From NCBI GenBank assembly GCA_963726195.1, contig CAVSBO010000003.1, positions 531,970-595,969 of the forward strand: 64,000 nt of DNA, read 5' to 3'. Each line of letters begins with the position of its first letter. The first letter of the stretch is position 1. Positions 1 to 8,941 of the stretch are shown one piece after another. The stretch is from Candidatus Thorarchaeota archaeon (GTDB lineage: Archaea > Asgardarchaeota > Thorarchaeia > Thorarchaeales > Thorarchaeaceae). The notes beneath the pieces were generated by a model that made no database searches, had not been told where the DNA came from, and saw nothing but the letters and a program-made list of their open reading frames with translations. The position numbers were made by a program, and so were the translations under genes.

Positions 1-42
1 CCGCCAGCCCAAATACCTGAGGGGCAAACGAGTCCATCATCA

Positions 43-135
43 TCACCCCCAGATGGAGACAATCAAAGTAACGAGAGCGAATGCGACGAGCAGAGCGATG
101 ATACCGAGACGGCGTTTGGCACTGGGCCTAGGCAT
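43..135 (-). CDS. Putative small membrane peptide (30 aa)
   Basis: MPRPSAKRRLGIIALLVAFALVTLIVSIWG: basic N-terminus plus one hydrophobic helix. GGAGA RBS-like sequence lies upstream of ATG 135, and tandem TGA stops follow. Confidence 0.4.
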   Translation of the reverse strand: MPRPSAKRRLGIIALLVAFALVTLIVSIWG

Positions 136-475
136 CGTGTCTCCGGTCTCGTGTAGCCAAGACCCTACTGAAGCGGCCCTAGTCTGAATCGTATCACGGC
201 CCTGTTCCATATACAGACGATACTCACACTGAAACTGAGTTCTCAAATCCGTAACGTCTCGCCAAATGTGTTCAGGCTCGGAGGGAGGTGGCGAAGGCAG
301 TCAATCAACTCCTGCAGTCCCGTTCGGCGCGTACTCTGAAAAGGAGCACCATACTCAGCACATGGTTGAGGGACCAAGACGAGTCCAGTGGCGCTTTCTT
401 TATATTGGACTTTCATAGTTGGTAGCTTTGCACAAACACATCCGCTATGCCACAGGCATTAATATGGGTGATAAG

Positions 476-895
476 ATGCCAAGCACTTACGAAGGAGCAA
501 CATCCGGCAGGGTTCTGGTTTTTGATGAGAGCGACAGTGTTCGGTTTCCCAAAGCGTTCAAGACAGCATTGGGCACTAGCAAGGGACTCATGGTCCTCGC
601 ACACAAGGACCGACTAATCCGAATCTACCCAATAGAAACGGATGAAGTGAGCTTTCTCTCGCTGGAGATAGGGAAGCTGACAAATGACTTTCTCACGAAG
701 CTGTCGCAGATTTTCAAGAAATCGGGACTTGTCGACCTGCTATATTCAACCGGTGTCTGCCTCCGTGGAACGAAGTGCTTCTACGAGTGCTATTTCTCAC
801 CAAAACAACTCTCAGTTGGGCTAGATGAGCTTCGAGGATCGCTCAAGAGCCTCGAAGGCGTCAAGAATGTCGTCATAGAGAAAGTGCCATCGTAA
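476..895 (+). CDS. Hypothetical protein, probable AbrB-like N-terminal domain plus ACT-like C-terminal domain (regulator)
   Basis: FDESDSVRFPKAFKTALG resembles the AbrB swapped hairpin. The C-terminus ends ...LKSLEGVKNVVIEKV, typical of ACT folds. GGTGA precedes ATG 476 and TATA-like TTTATATT lies at ~398-405. Confidence 0.5.
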   Translation: MPSTYEGATSGRVLVFDESDSVRFPKAFKTALGTSKGLMVLAHKDRLIRIYPIETDEVSFLSLEIGKLTNDFLTKLSQIFKKSGLVDLLYSTGVCLRGTKCFYECYFSPKQLSVGLDELRGSLKSLEGVKNVVIEKVPS

Positions 896-1116
896 TCATT
901 TCTCTCATCCGCAGGACTGCCCTTCACGTTCCTTTTTGACTGAGTGGATTAGTCTGTTGAAGGCGTGTCCGCTAGGCGAGCATCGTCTCTGCTCACTGCT
1001 CTGACAAACAGGTCGTCCTCAACAAGAGCTATGGAGGCATAGACGAGAAGCCAGAGGAGAGTCACAATTCTTAAGTGACGGATGATTGGGACAGTCGCTA
1101 GCCTCTGGTGAACCAT

Positions 1117-1542
1117 ATGCCCGGAACTACCTTGACTGAGATTAAGTGCGACAAATGCCAGAAAGTCTTCGAAACTGAGGTCATAGAGCACATCGATCTC
1201 GCAGAAGATGGAAGCCTAGCGACGCAAGTCAAGTCGGGAAAGCTGAATCGAGCAGTCTGCCCCCAATGCAAGAAGGTCACGTACAGGGAACGCCCCGTGG
1301 TACTCAACTTCGAGCCAGAGAATCTCATTGTCCTCTTTGATACATCAGCAAAGACACCTCAAGTGAAAGAGACGCTGAGAAAGGAGTACGAGACTCTAAT
1401 ACATTACAACGAAATCTTCGAGGAAGTTGGGAAGGAAACCGAGTTCCGAGTCATCAGTGAGCTGAACGAGTTGAAGAAGCTCATCGACGATTACGTCAAG
1501 AGTCACTGGCTGTCAGAATCAGAGCCGCTTTTTCCCAAGTAG
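1117..1542 (+). CDS. CpXC-domain (Zn-ribbon) protein
   Basis: CDKC...GKLNRAVCPQC pattern with CpXC-like spacing; GGTGA RBS upstream. Confidence 0.65.
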   Translation: MPGTTLTEIKCDKCQKVFETEVIEHIDLAEDGSLATQVKSGKLNRAVCPQCKKVTYRERPVVLNFEPENLIVLFDTSAKTPQVKETLRKEYETLIHYNEIFEEVGKETEFRVISELNELKKLIDDYVKSHWLSESEPLFPK

Positions 1543-2586
1543 GAACTCCTCGACCCAACGCTCTGCTTGGTACATCGTTGTGGGCACTGGCGGCTTCTTG
1601 AATCCGTATGCGGATATTGACTCAAGAGAACCACCGATTCCCCTCGTCAACGCAAGCTTCGAACCTCGGATAGCGTCCATCAATACCTGTCCGGCGTTAG
1701 GCCCGTCGGTGACCTCCATGCGGATGTCTATCGTGATGGGTGCTCCTCCGAACTGCTTACCAGTGATGTAGAAATACGACTCTCGGCCATTGTTCAGGAA
1801 ATTGACGTAGTCTGATGACCCCGCGACCATTGGCGCTTCGTATGGAAGATCCTGACTTATGGCTGCAGTCTTTACTTCACGCTTTCTCATACGTCCACGA
1901 TAGTGAGAATCAAGCGATTCTGCGCCTCCGCCTACGTCCAGCTGAAAGCTCTTGTCAACATGGACTCCTCGAGCAACTAGTAGTTGCAGTATGCTACGAT
2001 GAAGAACCGTGGATCCTAGCTGGTCTTGGATATCATCTCCCACTAATGGAATCTTTCTCTCCTTGAACTTCTTGCCCCACTCGGGATCCGAGGCAATAGA
2101 GACTGGCGTGCCGTTGATAAAAGCGCATCCGGCTTCAAGGCAAGCGTTTGCATAGAAACTGGTGGCCTGCTGCGCCGACCCTGGCAACAGACTAATCGCA
2201 ATTTCAGCACCGGAGTTCTTCAAGGCCTTCACAACATCAACGTCCGGAGAAGGAGAAATCTTCACGAGAGTTTTGAGATTGTCGTCGACTCCATCAAGCA
2301 GAGGCCCTCTGAGAACCTTGACTCCGGTCTTCGGCACATCGGCGAAATGAATTACGTTGTTTGGTTCCGCGAATATCGCACTGGCAAGATCGACACCGAC
2401 CTTCCGATCGGTGACATCGAATGCAGCAACGAACTTGATGTCCCTAACGTGATAGCCTGCAAAGTCAGGGTGGCTGATACCTATGAGATCTCCATCGCTC
2501 TTCGCGTCTTTGTAGAACTGAACCCCTTGAACAAGCGCACTTGCGCAGTTTCCTATGCCGAAGAGAGCTACCTTGATTCCATCCAT
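1519..2586 (-). CDS. ino1: myo-inositol-1-phosphate synthase
   Basis: KVALFGIGNCASALVQG, FVAAFDV, VGDDIQDQLGST motifs of the archaeal/actinobacterial INO1 family. Confidence 0.85.
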   Translation of the reverse strand: MDGIKVALFGIGNCASALVQGVQFYKDAKSDGDLIGISHPDFAGYHVRDIKFVAAFDVTDRKVGVDLASAIFAEPNNVIHFADVPKTGVKVLRGPLLDGVDDNLKTLVKISPSPDVDVVKALKNSGAEIAISLLPGSAQQATSFYANACLEAGCAFINGTPVSIASDPEWGKKFKERKIPLVGDDIQDQLGSTVLHRSILQLLVARGVHVDKSFQLDVGGGAESLDSHYRGRMRKREVKTAAISQDLPYEAPMVAGSSDYVNFLNNGRESYFYITGKQFGGAPITIDIRMEVTDGPNAGQVLMDAIRGSKLALTRGIGGSLESISAYGFKKPPVPTTMYQAERWVEEFLLGKKRL

Positions 2587-2713
2587 TAATCGTACCTCAG
2601 GTTCAGAGGATATTCTGCTTTTGGCTCAAGACTGTCCTTTAAAGTTTTATGGATATAGAATAGTATTGTGCGGAATGGGCACCCAAGAGCAGCAAGCCAA
2701 TTGGCAGGCTTCA

Positions 2714-3875
2714 TCAGAGGCTGTTTCCAAGCAGAACTGTAACGTCAGCAACATCGATGCTGCTCCCGCTGAGCTCCTTTCCTGCGCTGAGATTGTGCTC
2801 ACAGAATGGGCAGGAGCTGGCGATGATTCGGGCCCCAGTGGCCTCCGCTGTTCTGATTCGGTCTGCTGCAATCCTCTTTGCCAACTCAGGGGCAAACGAC
2901 TTGAGCCCACCACCTGCACCGCAACACATGGCTGCCTCTCGACTGGGGTCCATCTCGACCAGCTCCACGCCGGGTATCGACCGAAGGATGTCTCTAGGAG
3001 CATCATAGACTCCGAGTTCACGCCCCATATGACACGGATCGTGATAGGTGATTCTCATTCCTTGCGCCCGACCCTTTGGTCTGAGGCGACCATCCTTGAT
3101 GAGCTGTTGTGCGAACTCCGTTATGTGAAGGACAGGCGGCAATTCGATTCCAAACCTGTCGGGATAATCTTTCCTCAATGCCCTCAAACAGCCCGCACAA
3201 GACACAACGATTCTTTCCGCTCCGGTGTCGGCGATGCTTTGAGAACACGCTTTGCGCATTTTCCTCTGCCTCCTTTGTTCGTCCCGTTCTAAGCATCACA
3301 GACCCACAACATGGTTCATTCTCCATGACCGCGAAGTCAACTCTTGCGGCCTTCAGTACTTGAGCCGTCGACTTGGCAACATCAGGAAGCCTTAGTCCGG
3401 TAGTGCAGCCGACGTAATAGAGAGTCTCACCACGAGTTGGCACCTTGAAACCCAGCTGACGGACCCAGCTCCTCTTTGCAGAGGCGTTTTCGGAGTAGGG
3501 ATTTCCAGTCCGTGCAATAGCTTGCGCGAGTGAATCGCGGGTGTCATTGGGGATATCCACGAGTGTCGATCTCACTTTCTCGAGGCAATCTTTCGCATTG
3601 AATTCTGCGGCGCATATCTGAGCACAATTCCCACAAAGCGTGCAGGTGTAGAGAGACTCCGCATTCTCTGCAGTTCTCTCGAGCTCGCCATCAAGAAGAG
3701 CAAGAGCGATTTGGACCTTGCCTCTCATGAAGCTGGTCTCAAAACCGGTCGAAGCCTTCCAAACTGGACAGACACCGTTGAAGCCTTCATCTTCGTATAC
3801 GGCGTTGCGGCATATACCACATCTGCGGCATTGCAGAAGATTCTCTCTCAGTTCTTCAAGGTCGATTTCGGTCAT
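2714..3875 (-). CDS. Fe-S oxidoreductase (2x[4Fe-4S] plus CCG domains; HdrD/GlpC/GlcF-like), frameshifted near 3245
   Basis: ORF 3018-3875 carries CRRCGIC, CTLCGNC and CCG. ORF 2714-3259 carries YHDPCH, CCGAGGG and CPFC. The two join into one gene via a single frameshift. Confidence 0.85.
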
Positions 3876-3876
3876 G

Positions 3877-5283
3877 TCATATCCCTGCCATCACACCCGG
3901 ATTCATGATTCCATTCGGGTCGAGTAGCTTCTTCACAGATTTGACGAACTCAACGTATCGTTCAATATCTGTGACACCGTCTACCCAGTACGGTGCGAGC
4001 TTGAAAGGAACTGCACCTGTTGCGTACAAACGAGGCGCGAGCTCCGCATGTGCCTTTCTCACCTTTTGTTCTTCTTCCTTGTCGGCAGGATCGTAGAATA
4101 TCATCGGATACAGATTGTAGGATGCGTGGTCTGTCAGAAAGCCCGCGGTATGACCGAGCAGTCCGTATTTGTCCATGACCTTCCATATTTCCTCGATTGA
4201 CTTGTGCCAGTTTGTGATAGTCTCGTGATGGTACAGTATTCTCCAGTGCCAACCATGGGCATAGGAGGATCTGGCAAAAACCCACATCCGGTCTGTCCAT
4301 TCTCCTCGGGGAAGTTCTCTTATGCCGATGACCTCACCCGTGAGCTCTGAACAGATACGTTTCGCTTCCTCAGCGTCACTATTGAGCTGGTCCTCTCTAG
4401 TCCTTCCAATGGTTAGCGAGACTGTGTAGGGGGGCCATTCGTATTTTGGAATGCCATATTCTTCCCCAAGCATGTCCATGAAGAAGTTCAGAATCCTGCC
4501 TTCGTAGAGTGTGGCGAACAGCGAGTTGACATCATTGTTCCTCAGTTCCAGCAGGAATTTCTCCGCATTGGAGGAATCGTCGAAACCATAGGTGTTGTAA
4601 TCGAAATAATGCATGCGTTTGAAAGCCTTCAGCGAAACCTTGGTAATGATTCCGAAGCTTCCCAGGGAGCCGATGAACAAGCCAGTGATATCGGGGCCGA
4701 ATGCGTACCTGATGAAAGGACCAGGAGCATTCGGGTTCGCCTCGGAACCAGTCTGAATGATTTCTCCATTCGGAAGAACAACTTCCAATCCAAGCACCAT
4801 TTCTGCGATAGGACCGTACGTGCTCGAACCAGGTCCTGCTCCATTAACGGCAACATTGCCAGCCACTGTGCAGACTAGTGAAGACTCAGGATAGATTGGG
4901 ACCCACAGATCATGAGTGCTCAGGAACTTGTCAAGCATCCCGTAGGTTACTCCGGCACCCACAGTGACAGACCGAAGGTTCTCGTACAGAGTTATCTGAT
5001 CAAGCCGCATGAGTTCAACAACGAGACTGTCGGGCTTTGGAATGACCTCCCCTTGGAGACTTGAACCGCCGCCTCTGGGCACAATCGTGATTGCTTGGTC
5101 ATTGGCCAGCTTCAGAATCTGAGAGACCTCTTCGGCATTCGCGGGCCGAACGACTGCGCCAGGCAATACCGCATCATAACCTGTGGAGGCAGATGCCGAG
5201 TACGCAAGCAGAACATCTTTGCGAGTCGAGGCATATTCATTGCCGACTATATCACCCAGTTGCCTGACAATCTTCTGGTCCAA
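3877..5283 (-). CDS. FAD-binding oxidoreductase (VAO/GlcD/alkyl-DHAP-synthase family)
   Basis: VVRPANAEEV, PRGGGSSLQG, GLEVVLPNGEII, FIGSLGSFGIITK and C-terminal LDPNGIMNPG. Confidence 0.85.
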   Translation of the reverse strand: MDQKIVRQLGDIVGNEYASTRKDVLLAYSASASTGYDAVLPGAVVRPANAEEVSQILKLANDQAITIVPRGGGSSLQGEVIPKPDSLVVELMRLDQITLYENLRSVTVGAGVTYGMLDKFLSTHDLWVPIYPESSLVCTVAGNVAVNGAGPGSSTYGPIAEMVLGLEVVLPNGEIIQTGSEANPNAPGPFIRYAFGPDITGLFIGSLGSFGIITKVSLKAFKRMHYFDYNTYGFDDSSNAEKFLLELRNNDVNSLFATLYEGRILNFFMDMLGEEYGIPKYEWPPYTVSLTIGRTREDQLNSDAEEAKRICSELTGEVIGIRELPRGEWTDRMWVFARSSYAHGWHWRILYHHETITNWHKSIEEIWKVMDKYGLLGHTAGFLTDHASYNLYPMIFYDPADKEEEQKVRKAHAELAPRLYATGAVPFKLAPYWVDGVTDIERYVEFVKSVKKLLDPNGIMNPGVMAGI

Positions 5284-5309
5284 CTATCAGACCTCCGCAA
5301 GGATACGTT

Positions 5310-5636
5310 TTAGAAGATATGCCGAATCTTCATCAGGTCGCTGGCCGAGCCTTTCACTTTCAGCTTACGAGTTAGTATGGCTGAAGCCGCACCCATTTCC
5401 TCCATGAAGAGCTTGCGTATCGTGTCCGCGTCACTCTCAATTCTCATGTCGGGATTGTCGATGGGACCGTCGTGCACCGTTATGTTGTTGTCCTTCACAA
5501 TGAAGTTGTACTGCCTGCCATCTTTCAGAGTGAGCATGGCTGTTCTCTGCCAGCCTTCAATGGCTTCCTTCGTTTTCTCGCGCTCTAGTCCAACGACTAT
5601 TCGCTGTCTCATTACTTCCAGCAAGTCATCAGCCAT
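5310..5636 (-). CDS. SCP2 sterol/lipid-binding domain protein
   Basis: PDMRIESDADTIRKLF...AILTRKLKVKGSASDLMK is the SCP2 signature; 108 aa. Confidence 0.8.
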   Translation of the reverse strand: MADDLLEVMRQRIVVGLEREKTKEAIEGWQRTAMLTLKDGRQYNFIVKDNNITVHDGPIDNPDMRIESDADTIRKLFMEEMGAASAILTRKLKVKGSASDLMKIRHIF

Positions 5637-5678
5637 TTGTTAGTTCTCTCCAGTGATAAGAAGCGCTGTTAGCCCGTT

Positions 5679-6896
5679 TTAGTTGTTTCCGTTGTCCGAA
5701 ACTTGTCCATTCAGGACATCGTCCAGAACGGCGTTCGGTTCCTGTTTCATCGCGGAGCATGTGCCTCTCGCAGAGGCATGAGTCTCTCCGCTCTTGCAGG
5801 CGTTTTGAGTCTCCACCCAACTGGCGGCGACTGAACGTAAATTCATGGCGGCGTTCAGGTCCCGGTCTGCTTCGAAGCCGCAAACCGCGCACTTGTACGT
5901 TCTCACAGAGAGCGGTATCTCATACTTGACGGCTCCACAGTTGGAGCATCGTTTCGTGGAAGGATAGAATGGGTCCGCCTCCACGACCGTTCCTCCGTTC
6001 CAGTTTGTCTTGTATTCCAGCTGGCGGAGGAACTCTGCTATGCCTGCGTCCGCGAGATGCTTTGCTAGGTGGTGGTTCTTCAGTAGACCGGCTACGTTCA
6101 GGCTCTCCACACCGATGACTGACTTGGTTCTCGCCAGCACCGTTGTGGTCTTGTGCTGGGCATCCCTGCGGATGTTAGCAATTCTGAGTTCAAACCGGGC
6201 CAACCGAATTACAGTCTTGGCACGATTGCTGCTTCTCTTCTTCTTCCTTGCAAGAGACCTTTGAATTCGCTTCTTCTTTCGCTCCAAACGTGAAAGAGGC
6301 CTTGGATTTGCGATAACAGTTCCGTCGCTGACTGTGGCGAGCTTCGAGATACCGACATCAATGCCGACCACGGGACCAGTGTTGTTCGGCACCTCGATTT
6401 CCTCTTCTACACAAAGACTCACAAACCACTTCCCGGCCCTTTCTGACACAGTCACCGACAGAACGTGAACTCCCTTGGACGGCAGGTAGCCCTTTTCCTT
6501 CAGCCGAACAGCGCCGACTCGGGGTAACTGTACCGAATCATGGAATACCCTGATGGTTCCATTAAGCCTGAAACTGCCTACACCGAGTCTTCTGCGCTTG
6601 AACTTCGGGTATCCCGCCCGTCCCTCGAAGAAGCTCTTGAATGCTCTATCGAGGTCTCGGAGTGCTTCCTGCGGCGCGCACTTGGAGACCTCGTACATCC
6701 ATGGGAACTCCGTTTTCTTCAAGGCATTCAGTTGCTTGTGCAACCCGATGGCATTCGACGATGTTCCTGTCTTCTCGTACGCCTCCTTCCGTCGAGCAAG
6801 CCCCCAATTGTATGCAAACCTCGCTGTGCCACAGTGTTTGAGCAGTGTCGTGCCCTGGACGTTGTCAGGGTCCAGCTCTGTCTTGTAGGCTTTCAT
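5679..6896 (-). CDS. tnpB: TnpB RNA-guided endonuclease
   Basis: N-terminal KAYKTELDP...ARFAYNWGL; RuvC motifs VGIDVG, VESL and DRDLNAA all intact; Zn finger CSNC/CAVC. Likely start is ATG 6896. Confidence 0.95.
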   Translation of the reverse strand: MKAYKTELDPDNVQGTTLLKHCGTARFAYNWGLARRKEAYEKTGTSSNAIGLHKQLNALKKTEFPWMYEVSKCAPQEALRDLDRAFKSFFEGRAGYPKFKRRRLGVGSFRLNGTIRVFHDSVQLPRVGAVRLKEKGYLPSKGVHVLSVTVSERAGKWFVSLCVEEEIEVPNNTGPVVGIDVGISKLATVSDGTVIANPRPLSRLERKKKRIQRSLARKKKRSSNRAKTVIRLARFELRIANIRRDAQHKTTTVLARTKSVIGVESLNVAGLLKNHHLAKHLADAGIAEFLRQLEYKTNWNGGTVVEADPFYPSTKRCSNCGAVKYEIPLSVRTYKCAVCGFEADRDLNAAMNLRSVAASWVETQNACKSGETHASARGTCSAMKQEPNAVLDDVLNGQVSDNGNN

Positions 6897-6980
6897 GACC
6901 TTCGTCTTCTTGCGACCTCCGTCGCCGCTCAGAGCAGTTAGAAGCCTGTCCATATGTGATCTCAATTGGATATTAAACCC
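5689..6980 (-). mobile_element. Non-autonomous IS607/IS200-IS605-type element carrying only tnpB (boundaries approximate)
   Basis: tnpB with no transposase. A related motif ATGGACA(A/G)G occurs near both ends (minus strand ~6953 and ~5710). Putative right end ...GGACAACGG at ~5689. A GGRKK-coding remnant sits just upstream of tnpB. Confidence 0.55.
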
Positions 6981-7085
6981 GCCAAGGGTTTGAGTCCCTC
7001 CGACACGAACGGGTTTTCGATGGTCACGCAACCCGCCCTACACGGGCAGCAATGCGAGTGTTTGCACTTGAAATACAAACACCCT

Positions 7086-7137
7086 AAGAAAAAACAGAGA
7101 GGGGTCGGGCGATGACTCACGTGAAGCCAACCCGACC
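7086..7137 (-). terminator. Hairpin plus T-tract downstream of eda
   Basis: Minus strand GGTCGGG...CCCGACC stem followed by CTCTCTGTTTTTTCTT. Confidence 0.5.
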
Positions 7138-7189
7138 GAGTCTACCAATCTTCTTGTTGGAAGTATGTGAGCGGTGTTTCTGACACTGC

Positions 7190-7843
7190 TCACTTCTTTC
7201 TGTATTTCCGGACTATTTCCAAGAACTTCTTGACGTTCTCGGTGATGATGTCATAGCGACCGTCCTTGATGGCCTTGGCATCTGCTATTGCACTGCCTAC
7301 ACCGAGAGCGAATGCTCCCGCTTCAAGCATCGGTCCGGCAGTCTGCAAATCGACGCCGCCCGTTGGAATCAACGGTATATGCGGCAGCGGCGCTCGGACA
7401 GCCTTGATGTAGGCAGCCCCACCGACTTCGCCGCACGGGAACACCTTCACTGCATCAGCTCCCCAAGTGTAGGCTTGGAGTATCTCAGTTGGGGTGAGTG
7501 CCCCCGGGAAGCAAGGCTTAGAATACCGTCTAGCCATCTCTATGAGCTCTTTGGAATATGACGGAGCCACAATGAACTCGCTGCCAGCAAGTATGGCCCT
7601 TCGAGCTGTTTCTGGGTCCAGCACTGTTCCTGTGCCGACAAGCACCTTGTCGCCCACTTTGTCTGTCAGCTTCTGTACGACATCAGTAGCGCCTGGCACA
7701 CTGAAAGTTACCTCAATGATGTTGACGCCACCATTAAGGAACGCATCTGCAACCTTCATCGCAACATCAGCAGAGTCCACTCTGATGATAGGGATGAGTG
7801 CGGTGTCACGAACGAGCTTCATAGCATCTTGTTTGTCCCACAT
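7190..7843 (-). CDS. eda: KDPG/KHG aldolase
   Basis: IEVT, VGTGTVLD, PGALTPTEI, VKVFP (Schiff-base Lys), PTGGV. Confidence 0.92.
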   Translation of the reverse strand: MWDKQDAMKLVRDTALIPIIRVDSADVAMKVADAFLNGGVNIIEVTFSVPGATDVVQKLTDKVGDKVLVGTGTVLDPETARRAILAGSEFIVAPSYSKELIEMARRYSKPCFPGALTPTEILQAYTWGADAVKVFPCGEVGGAAYIKAVRAPLPHIPLIPTGGVDLQTAGPMLEAGAFALGVGSAIADAKAIKDGRYDIITENVKKFLEIVRKYRKK

Positions 7844-7854
7844 GTTGTTATCGC

Positions 7855-8849
7855 CTACCTCTGAATGCGAAGTCCTTTGCCGCCCTTTACGAGCGCCTCG
7901 ACTTCGGATTTGTAGATATACGCAAGGTCACCGGGCACTGAGTGCTTCAACGCAGACAGAGCAGCACCATAGTCGACTGCCTGTTGAATGTCCTTCAGCT
8001 CAAGGTAGCCGTAGATGAAACCTGCACTGCATGAATCGCCTGCTCCAAGCCTGTCGACTATCTCAACGTCGTATTCGGCGCTCGGATAAATCTTACCTTT
8101 CGAGTAAGCAAAGACTGACCACTTATTCAGCCAGACCAGTGGAGTCTTGCGGAGGGTTATGAGAACGACTTCGAAACCAAACTTGTCTGCAAGCTTCTTT
8201 GCTACCTCCTGATAGTCTTTGCCTTCTATGCCATAGACAACCTTCGTGTCTTCTTCAGTCGTGATTAGGATGTCAATGTTCTTAGACGCTGGCTCAGTGA
8301 ACGCTCGAGCCTGCTCTGGAGTCCAAAGCTTGCTTCTGTAGTTGACATCATAGGAGACCTTGCAGCCCTGTTCTTTTGCTGTCCTCATAAGCTTCTTCCG
8401 TCGCTTTTGCACACGAAGGACTGATTGCGGGAGTTATTCCGCTGGTATGGAAGAGCCTCGTGCCCTTGAGAATCTCTGCCCAACGAACCTCTCCGGGCTT
8501 GATCTTGCTTATGGCAGACTGCTCCCTGTCATATATCACTCGCTGAGCCCTTGGTGCCGAGCCGAATTCTACAAAGTAAGTTCCGCAGCGGCTGTTTGCG
8601 TCCCACAGAATATAGGACGTATCGACGCCCTGTTCCCTTGCTTTGTTGCGAATGAAATGACCAATGGAGTTGTCTCCAAGCTTCGTCACATACGCGGTTT
8701 TCAGGCCCATTCTCGCACAGGCAACCGCGACATTCATCTCCGCGCCGCCCGCATTCGTATTGAAGTCTATTTGCCTGCTCAATGCGCATGAAGTTGGGAG
8801 GGGAGAGTCTTAACATCACCTCTCCGAAGGTGACAACATCGTATCCCAT
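7855..8849 (-). CDS. kdgK: 2-keto-3-deoxygluconate kinase (PfkB family), two frameshifts (~8770, ~8400)
   Basis: VVTFGEVMLRLSP, GGAEMNVA, FHTSGITPA, SYDVNYRSKLW and IVDRLGAGDS are spread over three overlapping ORFs. Confidence 0.85.
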
Positions 8850-8941
8850 TGAATCACACTCGGATGAGTTGTTTAACTGAGTGAGATACGCTCTAGGCCG
8901 ATGTTAAACTTGTCGAAGTGTTGCTTTCATCTGCAACTGTT

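Noticed and set aside
6897-7031. 45-aa N-terminal extension of TnpB
   Set aside because: It spans the inferred element left end; the TnpB family N-terminus starts at MKAYKTEL (6896).
7855-8849. Programmed ribosomal frameshifting in kdgK, aor and others
   Set aside because: No slippery heptamer or common stimulatory structure; shifts are scattered over unrelated genes, consistent with sequencing error.
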